From assembly GCA_035647155.1 (NCBI GenBank), contig DASRNZ010000162.1, forward strand, positions 3,918 to 67,917: a stretch of 64,000 nt of DNA. The letters run 5' to 3'. The notes below the pieces were generated by a model that did not search any database, was not told where the DNA came from, and was given only the letters and a program-made list of their open reading frames with translations. The DNA comes from Thiopseudomonas sp. (GTDB lineage Bacteria; Pseudomonadota; Gammaproteobacteria; Pseudomonadales; Pseudomonadaceae). Position numbers and translations under genes: made by a program. Shown here in pieces: positions 9,460 through 21,261 of the stretch. The number at the start of each line of letters is the position of its first letter. Positions within the stretch are counted from its first letter, which is position 1.

Positions 9460-10142
9460 TTCGATCCTTTTTGTGCCAAAAACAATTCACGGCTCATCAA
9501 CGGACGCCCACCTAAGTGAGCCGCCAACGCCTGACGCATTAAACGCTTGGCCGTATGCAAAATACTCGGTTGCTGCCAATCAGCTGCCGACAGGGCTAAA
9601 ATATCTGCACCTAAAAACACACCCGACTGCAGCAAAGAAACGGCCTCAAAGCCACTCTTAGGCAGTAGACGATACAACATTTGTGCATCCAATGCCTGCC
9701 CATGTATATCGACTGTAAAGGAAAACCCATAACCGAGCTGCTCCAGCAAACGCCACTCAAAGGTCCGCAGCAAAGGCTCAAACGCCAACCCTTGTGCTAA
9801 GCCTTGTATTGATAACCGATAGTGCTCAAACAACACAGGCTGCGGATCATTCAGCGGTAAGAGACGTACCAGTAATTCATTCAAGTACATGGCGCAAAAC
9901 AACGCCTGACCTTGCAGAAAATTAAACTCACCGGCGGGCTCAATACGACTGATGGTTTTTAATTCACTGCGCCCACGCAGCTCAATATCCAGCGCCGAGA
10001 ATGGTCGCGCGACACTGCCCAGCTTGCCTCGCGCGCCACGCAAAACAGCACGCAGACGCCCTTGCGGAGTGAACACATCCATTAAGGCACTGGTTTCTTT
10101 ATAGGGACGACTGTGCAAGATAAAAGCTAATGACGACTGCAT
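9456..10142 (-). CDS. recO: DNA repair protein RecO
   Basis: [13 protein letters not shown]... N-terminus; conserved era-recO-pdxJ context. Confidence 0.9.
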   Translation of the reverse strand: MQSSLAFILHSRPYKETSALMDVFTPQGRLRAVLRGARGKLGSVARPFSALDIELRGRSELKTISRIEPAGEFNFLQGQALFCAMYLNELLVRLLPLNDPQPVLFEHYRLSIQGLAQGLAFEPLLRTFEWRLLEQLGYGFSFTVDIHGQALDAQMLYRLLPKSGFEAVSLLQSGVFLGADILALSAADWQQPSILHTAKRLMRQALAAHLGGRPLMSRELFLAQKGSK

Positions 10143-10196
10143 AGCTGCGCCTCAAGGCAACACAGGTTCCAGAACAGAACCTGTGTTAAATAGGGA

Positions 10197-11096
10197 TCAA
10201 TACTCTTGATAACCCAATGAACGCAGGGCACGCTCATCATCAGACCAACCGCCTTTCACTTTAACCCACAAGTTCAGCATGATCTTAGAGCCAAACATCG
10301 CTTCCATATCTTTACGGGCTTCCTGGCCAATACGCTTAATGCGCTCGCCGCCATCACCAATAATAATTTTCTTCTGGCCATCGCGCTCAACTAAAATCAG
10401 TGCATGAATATGCAGAATGCGACCTTCTTGCTTAAACTCTTCAATTTCTACAGTAATTTGATACGGCAGTTCAGCACCTAACTGACGCATGATTTTCTCA
10501 CGCACCAATTCAGCCGCTAAGAAACGACTGGAGCGGTCAGTGATCTGATCTTCAGGGAAGAAATGCTCACTTTCAGGCAAATAATCCGAGACAACTGTCT
10601 CCAGCGTCTCTAAGTTATGCCCGTGCAATGCTGAAATCGGCACAATTTGTGCGTTCGGCAGTTTCTCAGCCAACCATTTCAAATGAGCCAGAAGCTGACT
10701 TTTATCTTCTAAACGGTCTGCTTTATTCACGGCAATAATCAGTGGGCAGGTTAGGTGTTGAATACGCTCAAAGACCATTTCGTCTTCTTCAGTCCAGCGC
10801 ATGCGGTCAACTACAAAAATCGCCACATCAATATCGCGCAACGCGGTTAAGGCGCTGCGATTCATAAAGCGATTGAGTGCTGTTTTGCCACCTATATGCA
10901 AACCTGGGGTATCCACATAAATCGCTTGTACGCCATCTTCGGTTTTAATACCGAGCATATTGTGGCGAGTGGTTTGCGGTTTACGCGATGTAATTGCTAA
11001 TTTCTGGCCAAGAATATGGTTGACCAGAGTTGATTTACCCACATTCGGGCGACCAACGATGGCTACATAGCCACAACGTGTTGCTTGTTCAGTCAT
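10197..11096 (-). CDS. era: GTPase Era
   Basis: [10 protein letters not shown]-loop, DTPG, NKAD, and a C-terminal KH domain. Confidence 0.95.
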   Translation of the reverse strand: MTEQATRCGYVAIVGRPNVGKSTLVNHILGQKLAITSRKPQTTRHNMLGIKTEDGVQAIYVDTPGLHIGGKTALNRFMNRSALTALRDIDVAIFVVDRMRWTEEDEMVFERIQHLTCPLIIAVNKADRLEDKSQLLAHLKWLAEKLPNAQIVPISALHGHNLETLETVVSDYLPESEHFFPEDQITDRSSRFLAAELVREKIMRQLGAELPYQITVEIEEFKQEGRILHIHALILVERDGQKKIIIGDGGERIKRIGQEARKDMEAMFGSKIMLNLWVKVKGGWSDDERALRSLGYQEY

Positions 11097-11784
11097 GCTG
11101 ATGATTACTCTCTATACCCAAGGCGATCAATGCTAAGGACGCTGCCACTTGTTCGGCAATACGACGACTGGCACCCTGACCTCGGGTTTTTTCATTAAGT
11201 AAGCTCACCTGGCATTCCACAAGAAATGTGCGGCAATGCGGTTCGCCTTGAATATCTATCACTTCATAGTGTGGTAGATCGTGACTGCGTGATTGTAAAA
11301 ATTCTTGCAGTCGGGTTTTTGGATCTTTATTAGTGTCAACTAAAGTGAGCTCAGAAAAGTGCTGCTCAAGCCAAGCTAGGACGCGCTCACGGGCGACTTC
11401 CATACCTGAGTCGAGATACATCGCACCAATAATGGCTTCGGTGGTATCCGCTAAAATCGAGTCACGGCGAAATCCGCCACTTTTTAATTCACCTGAGCCT
11501 AAGCGCAAGTATTCGCCTAAACCAAAGCCTCGCGCCAATACCGCTAAGGTTTCGCCTTTGACTAAACGCGAACGCAAACGCGATAGCTGCCCTTCTTTGG
11601 CCTGGGAAAAATGGTGAAAGAGTTTTTCACCCGCGACAAAGTTAAGAATCGCATCACCTAAAAATTCTAGGCGCTCATTATTACGCCCAGAAAAACTACG
11701 GTGTGTTAACGCTAGCGTCAACAGTTCCGTATCTTTAAAGGTGTAGCCAATCCTTTTCTGTAAAATCAGTAATGGATCACTCAC
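11089..11784 (-). CDS. rnc: Ribonuclease III
   Basis: [10 protein letters not shown] signature. 8-nt overlap with era. Confidence 0.95.
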   Translation of the reverse strand: MSDPLLILQKRIGYTFKDTELLTLALTHRSFSGRNNERLEFLGDAILNFVAGEKLFHHFSQAKEGQLSRLRSRLVKGETLAVLARGFGLGEYLRLGSGELKSGGFRRDSILADTTEAIIGAMYLDSGMEVARERVLAWLEQHFSELTLVDTNKDPKTRLQEFLQSRSHDLPHYEVIDIQGEPHCRTFLVECQVSLLNEKTRGQGASRRIAEQVAASLALIALGIESNHQHD

Positions 11785-11945
11785 TGGGCACGCACACTAT
11801 ATTCTTTATCAAAAGTTACCACCAAATCGATATTTTAATAAGCGGTTCACGCTTTTTAGACTTCAAGCGTACCAAAAAATGATCGCCTCGTTGAGCTCTA
11901 ATAGCCTGCATAGCAAGGTCTAACCTTCAGTAGCGCTGAGCGCGT

Positions 11946-12797
11946 TTAATGAATCAAACCCACACGACTCAAGCTAGGTAATACACTGAACTTGGGATCA
12001 GCCCACGTCAGCCAAATTGCAAAAGCTTTACCAACAATATACTCGTCAGGCACCATACCTTGCAGCTCAAAAGGAATGCTTGGGTCATCCCAATAGCGAC
12101 TGTCCTTAGAGTTATCACGGTTATCGCCCATCATAAAGTAATGACCTGCAGGCACAAACCACTGACGCGTTGGTTCAATGCGGCGGCGCGCTTCTTTACG
12201 GATAAAGTGCTCTTGCTCGCCCAGCATTTCTGTATATAAACCCGCACTGCCCAGACTGCCCGGCTCTTCGCCTAAGAAGCGCTCATCAATAGCTTTACCA
12301 TTGACTAAGATACGCTTGTCAGAAGTATAACTGATCCTATCTCCCGGCAAGCCGACCACACGTTTAATGTAATTAATACGGGTATCTTCAGGGTATTTAA
12401 ACACCATCACATCGCCGCGCTTGGGATCACTGACTCCAATAATTTTCTTATCGATGACAGGCAAGCGAATACCGTAAGAAAACTTATTCACCAAAATAAA
12501 GTCACCCACTTCCAGCGTTGGGATCATTGAGCCAGATGGAATTTGAAAGGGCTCAACAATAAATGAGCGTAAGACAAACACCACCGCCAACACTGGAAAG
12601 AATGATTTCCCATACTCAATCAGTAGCGGCTCTTTTTCTAAACGCTCACGCACTTCAGAATTCAGTGCCACTGCTTCTTTTTCATACTGGGCAATCGCCG
12701 CACGACGACGCGGTGCAAAGTACACCAGATCGAGCAAAGCAAGAAAGCCTGTTACTGCAACTGCAATAACCAATATCAATGGGAAATTCAATGTCAT
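11946..12797 (-). CDS. lepB: Signal peptidase I
   Basis: SGSMIPTL and GDNRDNSKDSR boxes. The preferred ATG at 12797 lies 4 nt after the lepA stop. The track ORF extends to 12827, inside lepA. Confidence 0.9.
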   Translation of the reverse strand: MTLNFPLILVIAVAVTGFLALLDLVYFAPRRRAAIAQYEKEAVALNSEVRERLEKEPLLIEYGKSFFPVLAVVFVLRSFIVEPFQIPSGSMIPTLEVGDFILVNKFSYGIRLPVIDKKIIGVSDPKRGDVMVFKYPEDTRINYIKRVVGLPGDRISYTSDKRILVNGKAIDERFLGEEPGSLGSAGLYTEMLGEQEHFIRKEARRRIEPTRQWFVPAGHYFMMGDNRDNSKDSRYWDDPSIPFELQGMVPDEYIVGKAFAIWLTWADPKFSVLPSLSRVGLIH

Positions 12798-12801
12798 GGG
12801 G

Positions 12802-14601
12802 CTAATCATCCACTCTGAGTACTGCAAGGAAGGCTTCTTGTGGAATTTCCACGTTACCCACTTGCTTCATCCTTTTCTTACCCGCTTTTTGTTTCTCTAG
12901 CAGTTTACGCTTACGACTGACGTCACCGCCATAGCACTTCGCTAAAACGTTCTTACGCAATGCCTTAACTGAGGTACGCGCCACAACTTGACCGCCCAGT
13001 GCCGCTTGAATTGCCACATCGTACATTTGACGCGGAATCAACTCTTTCATCTTTTCGGCTAAGGAACGACCCTTTCCTGCAGCTTGGTCACGGTGCACAA
13101 TTAAGGCTAACGCATCCACACGCTCACCATTAATTAATACGTCAAGGCGCGACAAGTGAGCCGCCTGATAACGATCAAAGCTGTAATCCAAGGAGGCATA
13201 GCCACGGCTGACTGATTTCAAACGGTCAAAGAAGTCCAAAACTACTTCGTTCATCGGTAAGTCATAGACCACTTGAACTTGGCTACCCAAGAAGTGCATA
13301 TCTGTTTGTACACCGCGCTTTTCAACACAGAGGGTAATCACATTACCCAAATGCTCTTGCGGCACTAAAATGGTGGCCTTAACAATCGGCTCACGCATTT
13401 CTTCAATCAGCGACGGATCAGGCATACGCGATGGGTTATCCACGTAAATGATATCGCCATTTTTCAGTACAACTTCAAAGATTACCGTTGGTGCTGTGGT
13501 AATAAGATCCAAGTCGTATTCACGCTCAAGACGCTCTTGAATGATTTCCATATGCAACATACCAAGGAAACCAATGCGGAAACCAAAGCCCAAAGCCTCA
13601 GAGCTTTCAGGCTGGTACTGCAACGCAGCATCGTTCAACGTCAGCTTTTCTAACGCGTCGCGGAAATCTTCAAAGTCATCGGAACTGACGGGAAATAAAC
13701 CGGCATACACTTGTGGCTGTACGCGCTGGAAACCTGGTAGCACATCAACATCTGGGGTGCTAGAGAGGGTTAAAGTATCCCCCACTGGCGCGCCTTGAAT
13801 ATCCTTAATACCTGCAATAATAAAGCCTACTTCACCGGCTTTCAGATTTTCTGTCGCTGTGTGCTTAGGATTAAAGACACCCACGCTATCCACTTGGTGA
13901 ATGCGACCGGTTGATTTAACTAAAACTTTGTCACCTTTTTTGATACAGCCATTTTTAACACGTACTAAGGAGACAATACCTAAATAGTTATCAAACCATG
14001 AGTCAATAATCAGCGCTTGCAGCGGCGCATCAATTTCACCCACCGGTGGCGGAATCACTTTAACTAAACGCTCGAGTACTTCATCTACACCTAAGCCGGT
14101 TTTCGCGCTACAGGTCACAGCATCAGTGGCATCAATACCAATCACATGCTCAATTTCTTCTTGCACACGCTCTGGATCAGCTTGCGGCAAGTCTATTTTA
14201 TTCAGCACGGGCATCACTTCAAGGCCCTGCTCAATCGCGGTATAGCAATTGGCAACCGATTGCGCTTCTACACCTTGACCGGCATCAACCACTAGCAACG
14301 CGCCTTCACAGGCCGCCAGAGAGCGGCTCACTTCATAACTGAAGTCAACGTGGCCTGGTGTATCGATAAAGTTAAGCTGATAGACACGGCCATCACGGGC
14401 GGTGTAGCTCAAGGTTACGCTATGCGCTTTAATGGTAATGCCCCGTTCACGCTCGAGATCCATAGAATCCAGCACCTGAGACGCCATTTCGCGTTCGGTC
14501 AAGCCACCGCAGATTTGAATCAAGCGGTCGGCCAAAGTGGATTTACCATGGTCGATGTGGGCAATAATGGAAAAATTACGGATATGACTCAAGTCACTCA
14601 C
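12802..14601 (-). CDS. lepA: Elongation factor 4
   Basis: [20 protein letters not shown]; 599 aa. Confidence 0.97.
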   Translation of the reverse strand: MSDLSHIRNFSIIAHIDHGKSTLADRLIQICGGLTEREMASQVLDSMDLERERGITIKAHSVTLSYTARDGRVYQLNFIDTPGHVDFSYEVSRSLAACEGALLVVDAGQGVEAQSVANCYTAIEQGLEVMPVLNKIDLPQADPERVQEEIEHVIGIDATDAVTCSAKTGLGVDEVLERLVKVIPPPVGEIDAPLQALIIDSWFDNYLGIVSLVRVKNGCIKKGDKVLVKSTGRIHQVDSVGVFNPKHTATENLKAGEVGFIIAGIKDIQGAPVGDTLTLSSTPDVDVLPGFQRVQPQVYAGLFPVSSDDFEDFRDALEKLTLNDAALQYQPESSEALGFGFRIGFLGMLHMEIIQERLEREYDLDLITTAPTVIFEVVLKNGDIIYVDNPSRMPDPSLIEEMREPIVKATILVPQEHLGNVITLCVEKRGVQTDMHFLGSQVQVVYDLPMNEVVLDFFDRLKSVSRGYASLDYSFDRYQAAHLSRLDVLINGERVDALALIVHRDQAAGKGRSLAEKMKELIPRQMYDVAIQAALGGQVVARTSVKALRKNVLAKCYGGDVSRKRKLLEKQKAGKKRMKQVGNVEIPQEAFLAVLRVDD

Positions 14602-14737
14602 AAAACATCACTCTACAATTCAGTCCGTCGGCCGACTGCCAACAGAAAATAGTCCAAGAGTTTACCTGATTTGTTGCGCTCAAGTCATCTATCCATGACT
14701 TTACACAGAAAAAACCAAGGTTCTAGGGTTGTTTAAA

Positions 14738-14769
14738 TAAAAAAAGCGACCCGTAAGTCGCTTTTTTTA
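14738..14769 (-). terminator. Rho-independent terminator after the mucD/degP gene
   Basis: AAAAAAAGCGAC-CCGTAA-GTCGCTTTTTTT. The 6-bp GC stem is flanked by A and T runs. It sits 28 nt past the stop at 14797. Confidence 0.8.
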
Positions 14770-14796
14770 TTTATGGCTCACTTGTACTAAACACGC

Positions 14797-16233
14797 TTAA
14801 CTCGATAACTTAAAGGTAATAAAGCTTGCACGGCCTTGGCGTAAAACACGCATCGAGATGGAGCGGTTGCTGGGTAGGTCTTGCGCTATTTTGGTAAAGG
14901 TTTTAGTCGAATCAATCGCCTGATTATTTAAGTGAGTGATTACATCACCAGGACGCAAGCCAATCATCGCCGCAGCACCATCGCGTACTTCTTGAATCAC
15001 CACAGCACCTTGCAAATCAATAGCTTTCTTTTGCTCAGCGGTTAAGTCAACCACTGTCATGCCTAAGCGATTACTCTTACTCACAGCACCTTGGCTGTCC
15101 GCCAGAGCCATTTCTTCGCCTTCATTGGGCAACTCGCCCACTTTAATTTTTAGAGTTTTACGCGAACCTTCACGCATCACCACCAGTTTTGCTGTTTGAC
15201 CGGGTTTCACCGAGCCCACTAAGTGGGGTAGATCAGCCGACATCACTACTGGATGATCATTCATAGTTAAAATTACATCACCAACTTTCAGACCGCCTTT
15301 ATCAGCTGGGCCTTTTTCTAAAACTTGCGCAACCAAAGCACCAGCAGGTTTATCCAGACCAAAGGATTCAGCAAGGTCTTTATTCACTTCTTGAATCACT
15401 ACGCCCAACCAGCCGCGGTCAACTTTACCGCTGCTTTTAAGCTGCTCAGTGACATCCAGTGCAACCTCCATTGGAATAGCAAAGGATAACCCCATAAAAC
15501 CACCCGAACGAGTGAAGATCTGTGAGTTAATGCCCACGACCTCACCTTTTAAGTTAAACAGTGGACCACCTGAATTACCCGGGTTAATCGCCACGTCTGT
15601 TTGAATAAAAGGTACATAGTTATCATTAGGCAAGTTACGGCCTTTAGCAGAAACAATACCCGCAGTGACTGAGTGATCAAAACCAAAGGGCGAACCAATC
15701 GCCAAGACCCACTCACCCACTTTTAAATCTTTTGATTGACCCAGTTTAACGGTGGGTAAGTTTTTACCTTCAATCTTTAATAAGGCCACGTCAGTGCGCG
15801 GATCAGTTCCGACCAGCTTAGCTTGTAACTCGCTGCGATCCGCCAAACGCACAATAATTTCATCAGCGTCAGCAATCACGTGGTTATTGGTGAGGATATA
15901 GCCATCATTGGAAATAATAAAACCTGAGCCCAGTGACTGTGCCTCACGCTGCCCACCTTTATGCTGGCCTTTTGGAGTGCGCGGCATGGGCAAACTACGC
16001 TCGAAAAACTCACGAAAAATAGGTGGTAAACCTTCCAACTCAGGTAAGGAATGAAAACCGCCTTTCGCAGTGGCCGCGCTGGCTGCCTGCCGTGTACTGA
16101 TATTCACTACAGCCGGCGCTGACTCTTCAACAAGAACAGTGAAATCAGGCAATTGTGCTTGGGCAGTCGGCATCACCAGCAACATCAGCGTCATACACAC
16201 ACCAAGCCATAACGAAGTTTTTTTCTGCAACAT
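14797..16233 (-). CDS. mucD: Periplasmic serine endoprotease DegP/MucD (Do family, two PDZ domains)
   Basis: TNNHV, DVALLK, GNSGGPL catalytic triad blocks. Signal peptide present. The preferred ATG at 16233 has GGAG upstream. The track start at 16257 is a GTG. Confidence 0.93.
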   Translation of the reverse strand: MLQKKTSLWLGVCMTLMLLVMPTAQAQLPDFTVLVEESAPAVVNISTRQAASAATAKGGFHSLPELEGLPPIFREFFERSLPMPRTPKGQHKGGQREAQSLGSGFIISNDGYILTNNHVIADADEIIVRLADRSELQAKLVGTDPRTDVALLKIEGKNLPTVKLGQSKDLKVGEWVLAIGSPFGFDHSVTAGIVSAKGRNLPNDNYVPFIQTDVAINPGNSGGPLFNLKGEVVGINSQIFTRSGGFMGLSFAIPMEVALDVTEQLKSSGKVDRGWLGVVIQEVNKDLAESFGLDKPAGALVAQVLEKGPADKGGLKVGDVILTMNDHPVVMSADLPHLVGSVKPGQTAKLVVMREGSRKTLKIKVGELPNEGEEMALADSQGAVSKSNRLGMTVVDLTAEQKKAIDLQGAVVIQEVRDGAAAMIGLRPGDVITHLNNQAIDSTKTFTKIAQDLPSNRSISMRVLRQGRASFITFKLSS

Positions 16234-16253
16234 ATTATTCTCCATTACTAAAT

Positions 16254-16712
16254 TCACACTTCCAGCGCAGGACGTAAAGCGATCTGCGCTTTGAGCACAA
16301 CGGGCTGCATCGCAGCTTCATCAAGATAACGTGCACTATAAAAGCGCACCCATACAGCACCACCGAGAAAACCCAGTACTGCCGCAAAAATAACCCAAGG
16401 CTCCGCTACATTAAATGTATTCACTGCTAAAGCAGCAGCAAACATTAAGAGCAGTGGCAACATATAAATCAAGAAAGCACCGCGCACCAATGAGTCCTCA
16501 GAAATACCTAGAGTCACTTGATCACCTTCACGCAATTGCAAGTCAGAGCGTACTTTAACGGTATGCGGTTTTTTATCGGCCGATAAGCTATTGAGCAAAC
16601 CCTGACCACAGGCTGCTTTAGCAGCACAACTGCCGCAGGTGGTTTTGCGTTGAGTTGCCACCCAAACACCATCAGCGCCAACTGCGACAACAATGCCAGG
16701 CTCTTCAATCAT
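16254..16712 (-). CDS. mucC: SoxR-reducing system protein RseC/MucC
   Basis: MIEEPGIVVAV...CGSCAAKAACGQG followed by two TM helices. The ATG at 16712 forms an ATGATTGA overlap with the mucB stop. Confidence 0.85.
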   Translation of the reverse strand: MIEEPGIVVAVGADGVWVATQRKTTCGSCAAKAACGQGLLNSLSADKKPHTVKVRSDLQLREGDQVTLGISEDSLVRGAFLIYMLPLLLMFAAALAVNTFNVAEPWVIFAAVLGFLGGAVWVRFYSARYLDEAAMQPVVLKAQIALRPALEV

Positions 16713-17697
16713 CCTGATGCACCTGCTCTGCATGCACCGATAAAGCAATACGTTCAGCACTGCCCAACGGTATTTCACCCACCACAGTGACCATTAACTG
16801 ATTCGCATCCAAGGCAACTTTTCTTGACACCACAGCCGTAGGGCCTAGTTGGCGACGACCGCCTTCAATATCAAGATCACCAATATTTTCAAAAAACACT
16901 GAGAAATGCGCTAAACCATCTGAGTACACTTGACTGAGCACATCGCCGGCCTGACCAGACGATGGCTTAAAATGACTCTTCAATAGATTAAAACCAGCAG
17001 GCACCCAGCTCACACTCCAGTCTTTTTCTAGCACCGGAGCTGTGCTTACAGCCACATCGGCTTGCACCACTGGAATACAATCTGTACTTGGGGTCATCCA
17101 GCCTTGCGCCTGAGCGGCTGCACCCTGCTCTGCTTGAGCTTGGAACTGGACAAACTGTAATCGTTCAAGCAACTGACCTTGCTCATTAAGCAATAGGGTT
17201 TTTAAAGGAATCGCCGTATCTTGATCGACATGCAATTCAACTGCATAACGGTGCTGATCACGTGGGGTGAAAAGCAAAACTGCGGCAGCATGATCAGCAA
17301 CCCGCGAGTCACCTAAAACTCGTACGTCATACCACTCTTGCAAATGTTGCATCTGCTGTATGCCGCTCGGCCAGATATCAACTGCCGCTAACTCATTGGC
17401 CACTGCTGCGCTCATGCAGGTGACCCGATGATCGATACGCATCACCTCATGTGCCGGCCCATTGAGCTGCAAAAAACGCTCAAGTAAATGCCCTTGGGTA
17501 TCCACTTGTCGCCACACTTGGTGAGTGGAAAAAGCACCTTTGCGTTCATAGACGAAGATACCCTGATAATTTTGCATCCCTTGCGCGCTTTGTAAGCGTT
17601 GCAGCCAGTGATTCGCCGTCTGAGACGGTGCGGCAAATGCGCTACCTGTGAGCACCATCCCTAGCGCAATACCTGAACAAAGAGCCTTGACTCGCAT
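16705..17697 (-). CDS. mucB: Sigma-E factor regulatory protein RseB/MucB
   Basis: Signal peptide; 330 aa; position between the anti-sigma gene and rseC. Confidence 0.88.
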   Translation of the reverse strand: MRVKALCSGIALGMVLTGSAFAAPSQTANHWLQRLQSAQGMQNYQGIFVYERKGAFSTHQVWRQVDTQGHLLERFLQLNGPAHEVMRIDHRVTCMSAAVANELAAVDIWPSGIQQMQHLQEWYDVRVLGDSRVADHAAAVLLFTPRDQHRYAVELHVDQDTAIPLKTLLLNEQGQLLERLQFVQFQAQAEQGAAAQAQGWMTPSTDCIPVVQADVAVSTAPVLEKDWSVSWVPAGFNLLKSHFKPSSGQAGDVLSQVYSDGLAHFSVFFENIGDLDIEGGRRQLGPTAVVSRKVALDANQLMVTVVGEIPLGSAERIALSVHAEQVHQDD

Positions 17698-17700
17698 TCG

Positions 17701-18309
17701 TTATTGACCTTCCAAGCTTGCAGCTCGCGCATAAGGGAGACCGCTTTCAGTCTTATTGATACTGGTTTGCTGAGCATGCTGACGTAGATAGTTGGGCAGA
17801 CGCTGCTCATACCATGAGTTTTGCCCAGAGACAGCTTGAACCATCGGAGCTTCTTCACCCTGCGCGCCATAACTGGCTAAGATCGCCGGTCCTTGCGCTT
17901 GAGTATTTGCCGGTAAGCGCTGCTCGCTTTGCGCAACCAGTACGTCCTGCTGAATAATATCTTGATTATAAAAACGCACACCACCTAATACCGCTAAGGT
18001 CACCGAAGCAGCCACAGCAACACGCATAATCCAAGGTGAGTTCGCAGCTTTTTTCGGTTGATCAAGCGTCTCTTGCTGATCAACGAGCGGCGCAGGCTCT
18101 GCATTGATTGCTGCCATAATACCGGCGGACAAATCAACCTGAGCGGTGTGCAGCTCGTTATGCATCGCTGCTCGTGCAATCTGATAACGAGACCAGGTGT
18201 TACGCACCTCTGATTCATCGCTGGCATTGAGCACACGGCGCAACTCCAAGTCATCAGCCTCATTATCAAGTAGAGCTGAGAGCGACTCTTTAAGAACGTC
18301 TTGACTCAT
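17701..18309 (-). CDS. mucA: Anti-sigma-E factor RseA/MucA
   Basis: N-terminus LSALLDNEADDLELRRVL; central TM helix; 202 aa. Confidence 0.9.
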   Translation of the reverse strand: MSQDVLKESLSALLDNEADDLELRRVLNASDESEVRNTWSRYQIARAAMHNELHTAQVDLSAGIMAAINAEPAPLVDQQETLDQPKKAANSPWIMRVAVAASVTLAVLGGVRFYNQDIIQQDVLVAQSEQRLPANTQAQGPAILASYGAQGEEAPMVQAVSGQNSWYEQRLPNYLRQHAQQTSINKTESGLPYARAASLEGQ

Positions 18310-18342
18310 ATTAGGTTCCTCTTTTGGCTTTTTCTCGCATCA

Positions 18343-18921
18343 TTAAGCGTCTTGCAACAAGGGCCGCAAGGCTTTATCAACAGCCTCACGCGCTCTAAAA
18401 ATGCGTGAACGTACTGTACCGACCGGACACTGCATGACGTTTGCAATGTCCTCATAACTCAGACCGTCAAACTCACGTAAAGTTAGCGCACAACGTAAAT
18501 CTTCTGGTAATTGTTTAATGCTGCGCTGCACAGTCTGATCAATTTCATCACGCAACATTAATCGCTCAGGTGACCCCATGTCTTTTAAGGCATGGTCACC
18601 GTCATAAAATTCAGCATCACTTGAGTCGACATCACTGCTGGGTGGTCGACGATTGCGCGACACCAGATAGTTTTTTGCTGTATTAATGGCAATACGATAC
18701 AACCACGTATAAAACGCGCTATCGCCTCGAAAATTGGCTAAAGCTCGATACGCCTTTATAAATGCTTCTTGCGTCACATCTTGAGCTTCATGTGGGTCAT
18801 GCACAAAACGCACAACCAAGCCCAAGATTCGGTGCTGATACTTTAAGACTAATAAATCAAAAGCTCGCTTATCACCATTTTGAACGCGCTTGACCAGCTG
18901 CTGATCATCATCTGCTGTCAT
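18343..18921 (-). CDS. algU: RNA polymerase sigma-E factor (RpoE/AlgU)
   Basis: ECF sigma regions 2 and 4: DVTQEAFIKAYRAL and YEDIANVMQCPVGTVRSRIFRAR. Confidence 0.97.
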   Translation of the reverse strand: MTADDDQQLVKRVQNGDKRAFDLLVLKYQHRILGLVVRFVHDPHEAQDVTQEAFIKAYRALANFRGDSAFYTWLYRIAINTAKNYLVSRNRRPPSSDVDSSDAEFYDGDHALKDMGSPERLMLRDEIDQTVQRSIKQLPEDLRCALTLREFDGLSYEDIANVMQCPVGTVRSRIFRAREAVDKALRPLLQDA

Positions 18922-19120
18922 GTGCTATCCCCATCCAACAACATCACAGCACTACATCGCATAGCACATTCATTGTGCGCCATATTTCATTCTCCGCATT
19001 AAACATGTACAGCCGCTCGTCTGGTGTCGATAATAAAAAGACGCATCACAGTCGGCTCTGTCTTGGCTTAACTTTAACCTGTTTCTATTCATCACGTGTT
19101 GTTTAATGTTGTATGCCACT

Positions 19121-19149
19121 ATTGAGCCATCAAGCAGTCATAAAGTTCC
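19121..19149 (-). promoter_or_regulatory. Sigma-E (AlgU)-type autoregulatory promoter candidate
   Basis: The minus strand reads GGAACTT-N17-TCAAT, about 200 nt upstream of the rpoE/algU ATG. Compare the GGAACTT-N16/17-TCnnA consensus. Confidence 0.5.
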
Positions 19150-19220
19150 ATTCATTTGTAAGTATTTTACAAGGTCATCCAGCGCTATACTGATCGGCAT
19201 CTTTGCAGTGGGTTTCAATC

Positions 19221-20837
19221 ATGAGTCAATCTTACCAATATGATGTTCTGATTATCGGCAGCGGTGCAGCAGGCTTAACCACGGCTTTAACCTTGCCCAG
19301 CCATTTACGTATTGCTGTACTCAGTAAAGGCGACCTCTCCAGCGGCTCAACCTATTGGGCGCAAGGCGGCGTTGCCGGCGTACTCGATGACAGCGACACA
19401 GTTGAATCCCACGTGCAGGATACGCTGATTGCTGGGGCGGGCTTATGCAACGAAAAGGCCGTGCGCTTTACTGTTGAAAACAGCCGCAGCTCGATTGATT
19501 GGCTGATTGAACAAGGCGTGCCGTTCACGCGTAGCGATGCCAGCAGCGCAGAAGAAACCCACTTTGACTATCACCTGACCCGTGAAGGCGGCCACAGCCA
19601 TCGACGCATTATTCATGCGGCCGATGCGACCGGTGCCGCGATTTTCACCACATTATTAGCCCGTGCGCGCCAGCACAGCAATATCGAACTGATTGAGCAG
19701 CAAGTTGCGGTGGATTTAATCACCGCCAACAAAATTGGCCGTGAAGGTAACATCTGCCTCGGTGCCTATGTGCTCAATCGTGCGACCGATGAAGTCGATA
19801 CTTATGCTGCGCGCTTTACCGTGTTAGCCACCGGCGGTGCCGCCAAAGTCTACTTATATACCAGCAACCCCGACAGCGCCTGCGGCGATGGTATTGCCAT
19901 GGCCTGGCGTGCGGGTTGCAGCGTGGGCAACTTAGAGTTTAACCAGTTTCACCCCACCTGCCTCTATCATCCGCAAGCGAAAAACTTTTTAATCACCGAA
20001 GCGTTACGCGGTGAAGGCGCACATCTTAAACTGCCCAATGATGAGCGCTTTATGGCGCGCTTTGATAGCCGTGAAGAACTGGCACCGCGTGATATTGTGG
20101 CGCGCGCGATTGACCATGAAATGAAACGCCTGGGTATTGATTGCGTGTATTTGGATATCAGCCACAAATCTGCTGAATTTATTCGAGAGCACTTCCCCAC
20201 TGTGTATGAGCGCTGCCTCACCTTTGGTATTGATATAACCAAAGACCCCATCCCAGTGGTGCCCGCAGCACATTACACCTGCGGCGGCGTGGCAGTGGAC
20301 CAGCACGGTCACACTGATGTCAGTAACTTATATGCTATTGGCGAAACCAGCTTTACCGGTTTGCATGGCGCTAACCGTATGGCCAGCAACTCATTGCTTG
20401 AATGCTTTGTTTACGCACGCTCAGCAGCGAGCGATATCATCCACCAAGACACGCAAATCTCGATGCCAAAACCACTGCCAGAGTGGGATGCCAGTTTAGT
20501 GACTGATTCGGATGAAGATGTGATTATCGCGCACAACTGGGATGAGCTTAGACGCTTTATGTGGGATTACGTCGGTATTGTGCGCACCGATAAACGCTTA
20601 TTGCGCGCTCAGCACCGTGTGCGCCTGCTACTGGATGAGATCGATGAGTTCTATAGCAATTACCGCGTCAGCCGTGACTTAATTGAACTGCGCAATCTTG
20701 CTTTGGTTGCAGATTTGATTATTCGCTCGGCCATGCAGCGTAAAGAAAGCCGTGGTCTGCACTACACCTTGGACTACCCTGAACTGAGCGACATCATACA
20801 AGATACTATTTTACGGCCTGCCAGCGCTGACGACTGA
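19221..20837 (+). CDS. nadB: L-aspartate oxidase
   Basis: [16 protein letters not shown] fold and RGEG motifs. ATG at 19221; the track start at 19203 is a TTG. Confidence 0.95.
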   Translation: MSQSYQYDVLIIGSGAAGLTTALTLPSHLRIAVLSKGDLSSGSTYWAQGGVAGVLDDSDTVESHVQDTLIAGAGLCNEKAVRFTVENSRSSIDWLIEQGVPFTRSDASSAEETHFDYHLTREGGHSHRRIIHAADATGAAIFTTLLARARQHSNIELIEQQVAVDLITANKIGREGNICLGAYVLNRATDEVDTYAARFTVLATGGAAKVYLYTSNPDSACGDGIAMAWRAGCSVGNLEFNQFHPTCLYHPQAKNFLITEALRGEGAHLKLPNDERFMARFDSREELAPRDIVARAIDHEMKRLGIDCVYLDISHKSAEFIREHFPTVYERCLTFGIDITKDPIPVVPAAHYTCGGVAVDQHGHTDVSNLYAIGETSFTGLHGANRMASNSLLECFVYARSAASDIIHQDTQISMPKPLPEWDASLVTDSDEDVIIAHNWDELRRFMWDYVGIVRTDKRLLRAQHRVRLLLDEIDEFYSNYRVSRDLIELRNLALVADLIIRSAMQRKESRGLHYTLDYPELSDIIQDTILRPASADD

Positions 20838-21261
20838 ATTTAAGACGTACTCGCAGGCGGCGATGGCTGTCCTGCGGCGCACTATCAAAAGGAATTAGCG
20901 CACTGCGGTAAAACCATTGATGGGGATATCTGTAGCGCAACAACACCAGTGCCGGTATCGCCATACTGTCAGCACGCAACTGTATTGAGCGCCAGCCCTG
21001 CTCAGCGCTCCATAACTGCCAACCTGCCGAGTCGCGCCGAACACCTCGACGCAATGCTGGTTGCTGATAATCACGCATACAACGCAACTGACTGTAGATT
21101 TGCACGCTCAACAGTACGATAACAACCAGCTTAACCACAAAAGGAATGGCTGCTAGAACCACAGCCACACACGCCAGCAACAATACACACAACACTGCCT
21201 GTGACAGCCTTAATGAAGGCTGCCAAAAACAGCTGAAGTTTTGCTTACTTTGGTTTTGCAT
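20806..21261 (-). CDS. ygfX: YgfX/CptA-like inner-membrane protein (partner of SdhE)
   Basis: Two TM helices after WQPSLRLS, then LRADSM...RRLRVRL, resembling E. coli YgfX. Lies downstream of and overlapping sdhE. Start is uncertain (21261 or 21282). Confidence 0.6.
   Translation of the reverse strand: MQNQSKQNFSCFWQPSLRLSQAVLCVLLLACVAVVLAAIPFVVKLVVIVLLSVQIYSQLRCMRDYQQPALRRGVRRDSAGWQLWSAEQGWRSIQLRADSMAIPALVLLRYRYPHQWFYRSALIPFDSAPQDSHRRLRVRLKFSRQRWQAVK

Noticed and set aside
16705-16712. The identical ATGATTGA stop/start overlap occurs at both mucB/mucC and PFOR/DHOD-like (61444-61451)
   Set aside because: This is an ordinary translational-coupling overlap. The identity of 8 nt at two sites is within chance expectation and implies no shared element.
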